NCBI GenBank assembly: GCA_012295275.1
Contig: CM022669.1
Location: 7,998,001 to 8,062,000, forward strand
DNA from: Chrysomallon squamiferum
Taxonomy: Eukaryota; Animalia; Mollusca
Length of the DNA stretch: 64,000 nucleotides
Direction: 5' to 3'
In this document: piece after piece, positions 39,262 through 64,000 of the stretch
Layout of the letters: each line of letters starts with the position of its first letter
How positions within the stretch are numbered: the stretch's first letter is position 1
Program-made: the position numbers and the translations under genes
Notes under the pieces: generated by a model
Seen by the model: the letters and a program-made list of their open reading frames with translations, nothing else
Told to the model about the DNA's origin: nothing
Databases searched by the model: none

Positions 39262-42200
39262 TAATAATAATTAAAAAAAAATAAATAAATAATAATAATA
39301 ATAATAATTATTATTATTATTATAATAAAATAAAATTAATATAAACAATACCTTTGTGACTGTGACTGACAAGCCAGCTGAGATATGGATTCTAAATGTT
39401 TCCTGAGATTTTTTAAGTATCCTGATTCAGTATCGTTGATCACAAAATCATCACAGATATAGCTGCAGAATGGAATAACACAAAAGTAAAAAACAACAAA
39501 AATAATATGTATATTTTTACATATATGTATATGTATTAAGTCTTGGAATAATCTTTTATTAAATTTATTTTATAATTTTTTGTATAACAAATGTATATTA
39601 TTAATTTTAGTAATAAGTAGACTGAAGATATAGCACATTTAAATTATAATTTTATAAAATAGTTATACAAAATCTTTTTATTACATATGCTTAAGTATGT
39701 ACAAATCTGTAAATATCCATGTGGTATTTATATGTATGCATGAGTGCATGTGCGGTCTACAGTGTCTCTAAGGACAAAACCATTTGCTCTGAAATCTTGA
39801 ATGTAATCTGTTTGAGTATATAATATCCTGTATGAGTCATACAAGCACTCTACAGTTAGTGACCAGACAAGAGCAAGTCACACAAAGTCAATGATGTGAA
39901 AAGTAACTTGACACCCACCAGAAAGCCATAAAGTTATGGCAGTCCATGCAGACAGCATGCTTAGTTGATCCCACTGACTGAGGTCCTGCCTCACACTCAT
40001 TTTGTGCATTCGCACACATTTCTTCATGGTGCTGCTTTGCGTGTGCATTAACATATCTAAGTACAAAGCACATTTAGCTTATTAAGAACAAAATAAAAAA
40101 TTATGCAAAAATATACTGCGCATTATCTATACATACATACATACATTTTAATAATTACTAATTAGTTTAAACAATTATTTTTTATTTTTTCATTTAATAT
40201 AAGTACAACGTTTAATTAATTTCCAAAAATACATTTCTACTTAAATATATAAAAAAATAAAAATAAAAAATTAAGTAAAAAATAATAATAGTAGTAGTAA
40301 TAATAATAATACCTTCCACAGTTAATCACTCCACAGGCCAAACAAATCCAGGGACTACTTTCAACCTTGCAAACTGAAAATACAACAATAAAAACATATG
40401 AAGATAAATTCCTGCAAATTTCAGACATAATGGGCATTTGTGAAGTCTAAATACACAAATATGAAATTTAATTCAAAATCGTTTCCTACAAGTTTAAAAT
40501 AATATATATTTAATATTGTGCTTATTCAGCATAATTTCCAGACATTATTGTCTGCTTAGTGTAACATTTACAATGAAGAAATAAATAACTAAATAAAATA
40601 ACTGCAACAGTAAAACAAAGCAAAACATTAACATTTTACTTAAAATTTACTGACTGGGAGCAAAAATATATTTAACAAAAAAAAAAAAATCATCAACGGG
40701 CAACAGATAATTTTTTTTTTTATAAAAAATAAATGGCCCTTTCTCTTTTTTTCATTCCCTTCTGTCAGGTTAATTTATTTCAAAACATTTTTAAAAGAAC
40801 AGTGTACCACTAATAAATGAAACATATTTTTTACAGATTAGTATAGATTTGTTTTTGCCATATACAGTTATAGTAAAAACAAAATAAAATAAAATAAATA
40901 AATAAATAAAAAAATATCATAAAAATGATTAAAGAACAAAATGTGTCTAAACAATTGTTCAAATACTGTTAAAATTGTACATTATACATTAAAAAAAATA
41001 AAAAGATATTCTTATTTCAAAGCAGCTAAATGAAACTTTTATTTACACAATTATGTGATTCTTATGTAACAAAGGAAAGAAAATAATGAATACATAATCC
41101 ATGGAACTGAGTCATTTATTACAGTGACTTTTTTAAATGAATACTTATAAACCAAGTCTGTGTTGGGTTTGCTTCTTATCATCAAGATGGTGGAAAGATT
41201 ACACTAACCCCAGTTACATGTTGCCCTTTGTTCCACTATAATTTTGGCACGTGAACTGATTACAAATTAAGACATTTTTCATCAAGTCCTCATAATTTTA
41301 TGTATGTGTATATACATGTGCACATAAATTGTCAATCAAGATATAAATGGTAAACAAACTAAATTTCAATAAAGAATCTGTTGTTTGTTAATAACTTCTG
41401 TTCCTTAAAGCAGCCTTGAAAGTTAAGGATAAATCTGCAATCGATGGAGGTTAATGAAATTACTAATGAATCTTTAATGTCACCCCTCTCAAATATCTAG
41501 AAAGATATAAATGTTTATAATAACAGAATGCAAGCCATCTTATGAAAAATTGAAGTTTGCCTCAAGTAGTTGTTACGACATTTTTGTCAAAAAGTAAAAA
41601 AGTATTTACCAAAACTATATATTTGTTCCTCTTTCTGGATATTCATCTTCATACAATCAGTATTTTTGGATAATAAATGAAATTTGTTATATGCAAAAGA
41701 TATCTGTCTATTTTGACAAATAGATGTTATAATCGTAACTCATTTGTAATTACTCAGTGCTTTAATTTTTCTCTATATCACAATTCATTAACTTGATTAA
41801 GTACTGTTTAATGTCGACTACATTTAAAATCAACCATCAAAAGAAAAACATCAATAATCAAAGAACTGTCAGTGTAAAAAAAAACAAAAAAACAAACAAC
41901 AACAAAGAAAATCAATAACCATGAACTACTTGATGGAAAGAATAGATCATTCAAGAAAGCAATATTTAAAAAAAAAAAAAAAAAATCTAGTTTGTCTAGA
42001 TCAGCAAGGAAGAAAAAAAGTGAATGAAAATAGAATAGATTTTATTATAATTTATTCTTTCTTTCTGCGTTTTTTTTTTTTTTTTTTTTCTTTTCTTTTC
42101 TTTTTCTTCTTCTCTCGGTCTCACTCCTTTTAAATGTATACTGCCATTAATAGCTGCACTGAACAGTTATGAAAATGTATCGATTGAGTGACATCCATGA

Positions 42201-42582
42201 AGTTGGAATGACGTTTAAAACAAAACTGCACGAAGAAATAGGCGATTATGATGACTATTAAATTCTGTTATAAACTAAAGTGATCTACCATGTGTCCGCT
42301 ACATAATTCTATTTTGGGAGATGACAATGACAATCGTCTGGGAATTTGATGACGTATTTTTATCAGAGTTATCAATTTAAATTTAATATTATATAAACAA
42401 TCTTTTTTTATTTCAATACATAACTTTCATCCTGTAATGATCAAAGTTCAGAATTACGTCTGCATAAGGATTATTTACGTCCCTGTGCACTTACCAGAAC
42501 AACAAAACACTGGACGACTGTTTTCACATTTTATAGAGGGCGCCGTGATCCTTGCACTGTCTTCCAAATGTGGGCACTCCAT
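34624..42582 (-). CDS. USP3: Ubiquitin carboxyl-terminal hydrolase 3 (ZnF-UBP + USP domain), 15 coding exons
   Basis: Exons (all GT-AG, phases consistent): 42495-42582, 40313-40373, 39919-40056, 39352-39462, 39135-39213, 38730-38818, 38293-38409, 37942-38055, 37274-37494, 36915-36995, 36647-36765, 36076-36195, 35502-35575, 35231-35271, 34624-34766. Protein starts MECPHL, with ZnF-UBP ([24 protein letters not shown]), Cys box [29 protein letters not shown] and His box [15 protein letters not shown]...WYHFNDS; collinear with vertebrate USP3. Confidence 0.95.
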
Positions 42583-42699
42583 TTACAAAAAGAAAGCCTT
42601 GACGGGTCTGCTAAGAGCAGATTATGTAGTTATTAGTTGCAGAAGGGCTTATTTTAGTAAGAAAAGGTTTTCTAGACGTAATAACAATAGTTTTAACAG

Positions 42700-43160
42700 C
42701 TTCTGTGATTTTTCTGCATTGACTTTGCTTCAGACATCACATCCGCCAGCTCACTAATACATTAAAATGTCAACGGTAAATATCAAATAATTATTATCAA
42801 AATAAACTATAATATATATCATCACATCATTAACTATAACATTCTTTTTGTTTTTGTTATTTAATGAGACTATGCATAAACAAATTTTGTATACAATACA
42901 TGCTTTTTATAGAGAACTTTATTTTTCAGCGCAATGATTTCTTTTTAGCTCCTCAACCTTTGAAGTTAGAGTCCACGAATGCGCCCGAAGATTCCCGAAC
43001 AATTTAAATCACCACGTGACATGTATTTATGCATGAACCGGTTTAGAAAATGTATAAATAAGATTTTCGTGGTCACGTTATCTGATAGAACAATGATTGG
43101 TTTAGAATGTCGGAGCCAAAATACAAAAATCACAGGGTAATCACGATCTGCCAATTTAAA
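42700..43160 (-). promoter_or_regulatory. USP3 promoter region (CpG-retaining, TATA-less)
   Basis: Local CpG enrichment between CpG-poor gene bodies; CACGTGAC E-box (~43013-43020), ATTGG/CCAAT (~43096) and ETS-like GGCGGATGT (~42740). Confidence 0.5.
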
Positions 43161-43814
43161 AAATATGACATCTTTTTGTATTTAAGCAACTAAAATAAAA
43201 AATATTTATTTATTCATTTTTAAAATTTAATATTTCTTTAATTTTAATTCATGACACAAAATTATTTGTCTTGAGAAACAAATAATAATTAGTGTACAAA
43301 TGACTGATGAAACTTAGGAAGCAGAAATAAGTTACTCGTTAATTCTGTCAGCTCCTTTCATTTATTATATTTAAGGGAGTTAAGTAGGGGTCAGTATTCA
43401 GAAATTGTATCTTATTCTAACCACGATGGTTGATTTGACCGTAAAAGTGTCTGATACACGTATATCATCTTTATGTCCTAGCACTGGCATCGAAAAATAA
43501 TTAAAAAATCATAGCAAACTTAAACAAAATATATTTTTTGAAAATCAAAATATTTTTGCAAGTGTCATGAGTAGTCCTTGCAAATTATTTGTTTTTACAA
43601 GTTTAAATAAATTTGAAGTTTGTATCTATATTTTGAGTCATTGATTACAGCTCAATTAAGAAATACTTAGATAGCCATGATAAAATTAAGTAATTTTCTT
43701 GTGACTTGACTTGTTTAATATATTATTATTTGTATATAAAAATATTTTACTTGTGTGTTTCACAGGCTGTAATTTTTTCTTTATTTTACAACTGATGTCG
43801 TGCAGAAAATGTTA

Positions 43815-43845
<31 letters not shown>

Positions 43846-43968
43846 AATTACTGGCAATGGTTTGTGTGCTCCTCTTTCTTCATTACTTGTTTATTAATTA
43901 TTATTATTGTTTACATCACTGCAAAAAGAATCACAAAGCAAGATAGACAACACAAAAATACTAAAATA

Positions 43969-43974
43969 TTTATT
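43969..43974 (-). terminator. Candidate POLE polyadenylation signal
   Basis: AATAAA on the minus strand ~1 kb past the stop, followed by GU-rich TTTTTGTGTTGTCTATCTTGCTTTGTG. Confidence 0.5.
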
Positions 43975-44957
43975 TTAATTAATGATCACGTCTGATATCA
44001 GGGCATTATGTAATTTGTACATCATTACATGCAGACATCTTAAAAACTACATACTTCATGCATCATTTGAACTGGTTAGTATATCTCATTACTTATTATA
44101 ATCATTCAACAAAACCCACATTTTCACTTACATTTTTTTTAAAGCAGACTTGTACATGGATATTTTTAAACAACTGAAACAGTCATCTGGTTTACCTGTT
44201 CCAGGACTGACTGAAAATAACAATCTTATTGCAAATGTTTTGAACTAAATAAATTACCATCACTTGTCAACAACTGATTTAATTAAGCAGAACATCCTTA
44301 AGTATGTTTAGTGACTTATCTGCTTGTTACCTGATTGTTGATAACAATATGAACATTTCTCTGACTAAAACCATATGTATGTCTGGTGATTTTTTATTGA
44401 AATGATATATGACATTAACACACAATTATACACAGGGCTGCACATCTTAAAGACTTGTCCTGGCACAAACACATCCAGAATAAATATTTTAACACTATAC
44501 TGTACATTGCTTTGACATAAACATGAAATCCAGAAACTGTCTTCTCTTGAAAACATGATGCAATAACAATTAGTTTGTAAGTTTTATATTTTTAAGTCAA
44601 ATTTAATGGTTCCATAAATTTTGTCTGTTGTTAAGTATTTTCTATCATGCTTTGAAATTATATGAAATAGTTTTGATAAATTAATGCAAAGATAATATCT
44701 TATGTCAGTGAATTCCACATAATCACAGTTATATTTATCATTCTTCAGTAAATGACACAATATTCAGGTTCAAGAAGACACTCAAAATGTTTCTAACAAA
44801 TGTACACCCAGCACTTAGTCCAATTCTGTCTGGTAGGTATTATTTTAAAGGTCATCACCATGACAATATGTAATTCACATCCATCAGGTTTTTTTCACCA
44901 CAAGGTAAATATTGTCAGTGATATCAGTGAGTGTTGTCATCATGGAAACCACATTCA

Positions 44958-63503
<18,546 letters not shown>

Positions 63504-64000
63504 CTGGAAAAAAAAAAAAACAAGATATGATTGTAATCTCTTTTTACAGATCAGTTAGTCATGAGATTGAGCTTGTAGAACAATTTAAAAACATAAAACT
63601 GAACAGTAAAGTTTTAGGGTCCCTGAATTAGCTGATCAAAAGGTACAAGAAGGTATTGATATTTAGAAACCAAGATCTGTTAGAAATCCTGGAAAGAAAA
63701 CCCTGGTTACATTTATTTAAAAAGCAACCTGCATGTTACATATTGATTAAGGAATGAAGAACAAAAATTACAGTAAATAATAATAAAACATTTTTATTTC
63801 TTTTTTTATTTTGAATGATAATATAGATGTATATAGTCTTAACATTTTTACCTAAATCAAAATCCCATTCTTTTTAGGAGATATCAAAAGAAAACAAAGT
63901 TAAATATTTATATTTATCCAAAGACAAATATTTATATTTATTCAATTAAAGAACCAAAATGAAATCACACAAAGTAAATATTCAGTAAATCTCTTCCCTA

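Overview
AT-rich, microsatellite-laden invertebrate (non-vertebrate metazoan, plausibly mollusc/spiralian; taxon cannot be proven here) genomic window with four protein-coding genes, all on the minus strand. These are an intronless FoxAB forkhead gene (3195-4281), an intronless secreted tandem-domain chitin/polysaccharide deacetylase (21593-23832), a complete 15-exon USP3 (34624-42582) and the 3' 36 exons of DNA polymerase epsilon catalytic subunit POLE (44958-63503, 5' part outside the window). The two intronless genes each need single-base frameshift corrections (three in total, probably assembly errors). All 51 USP3/POLE exons reconstruct in frame. The left half is CpG-retaining, while the USP3/POLE gene bodies are CpG-depleted. 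There are three notable unexplained structures. (1) Three non-coding modules 3-6 kb upstream of FoxAB share an ordered motif grammar with base-exact spacing but diverged spacers (candidate duplicated/shadow enhancers with homeodomain and TCF+helper sites). (2) A ~250-bp inverted copy of USP3 intron 9 plus the start of exon 10 lies just downstream of USP3 and could fold the pre-mRNA over a splice acceptor. (3) The deacetylase pairs an active CE4 domain with a catalytically dead one. A Tc1/mariner(pogo/Tigger)-type MITE, a tRNA-derived SINE head and several palindromes are also present.
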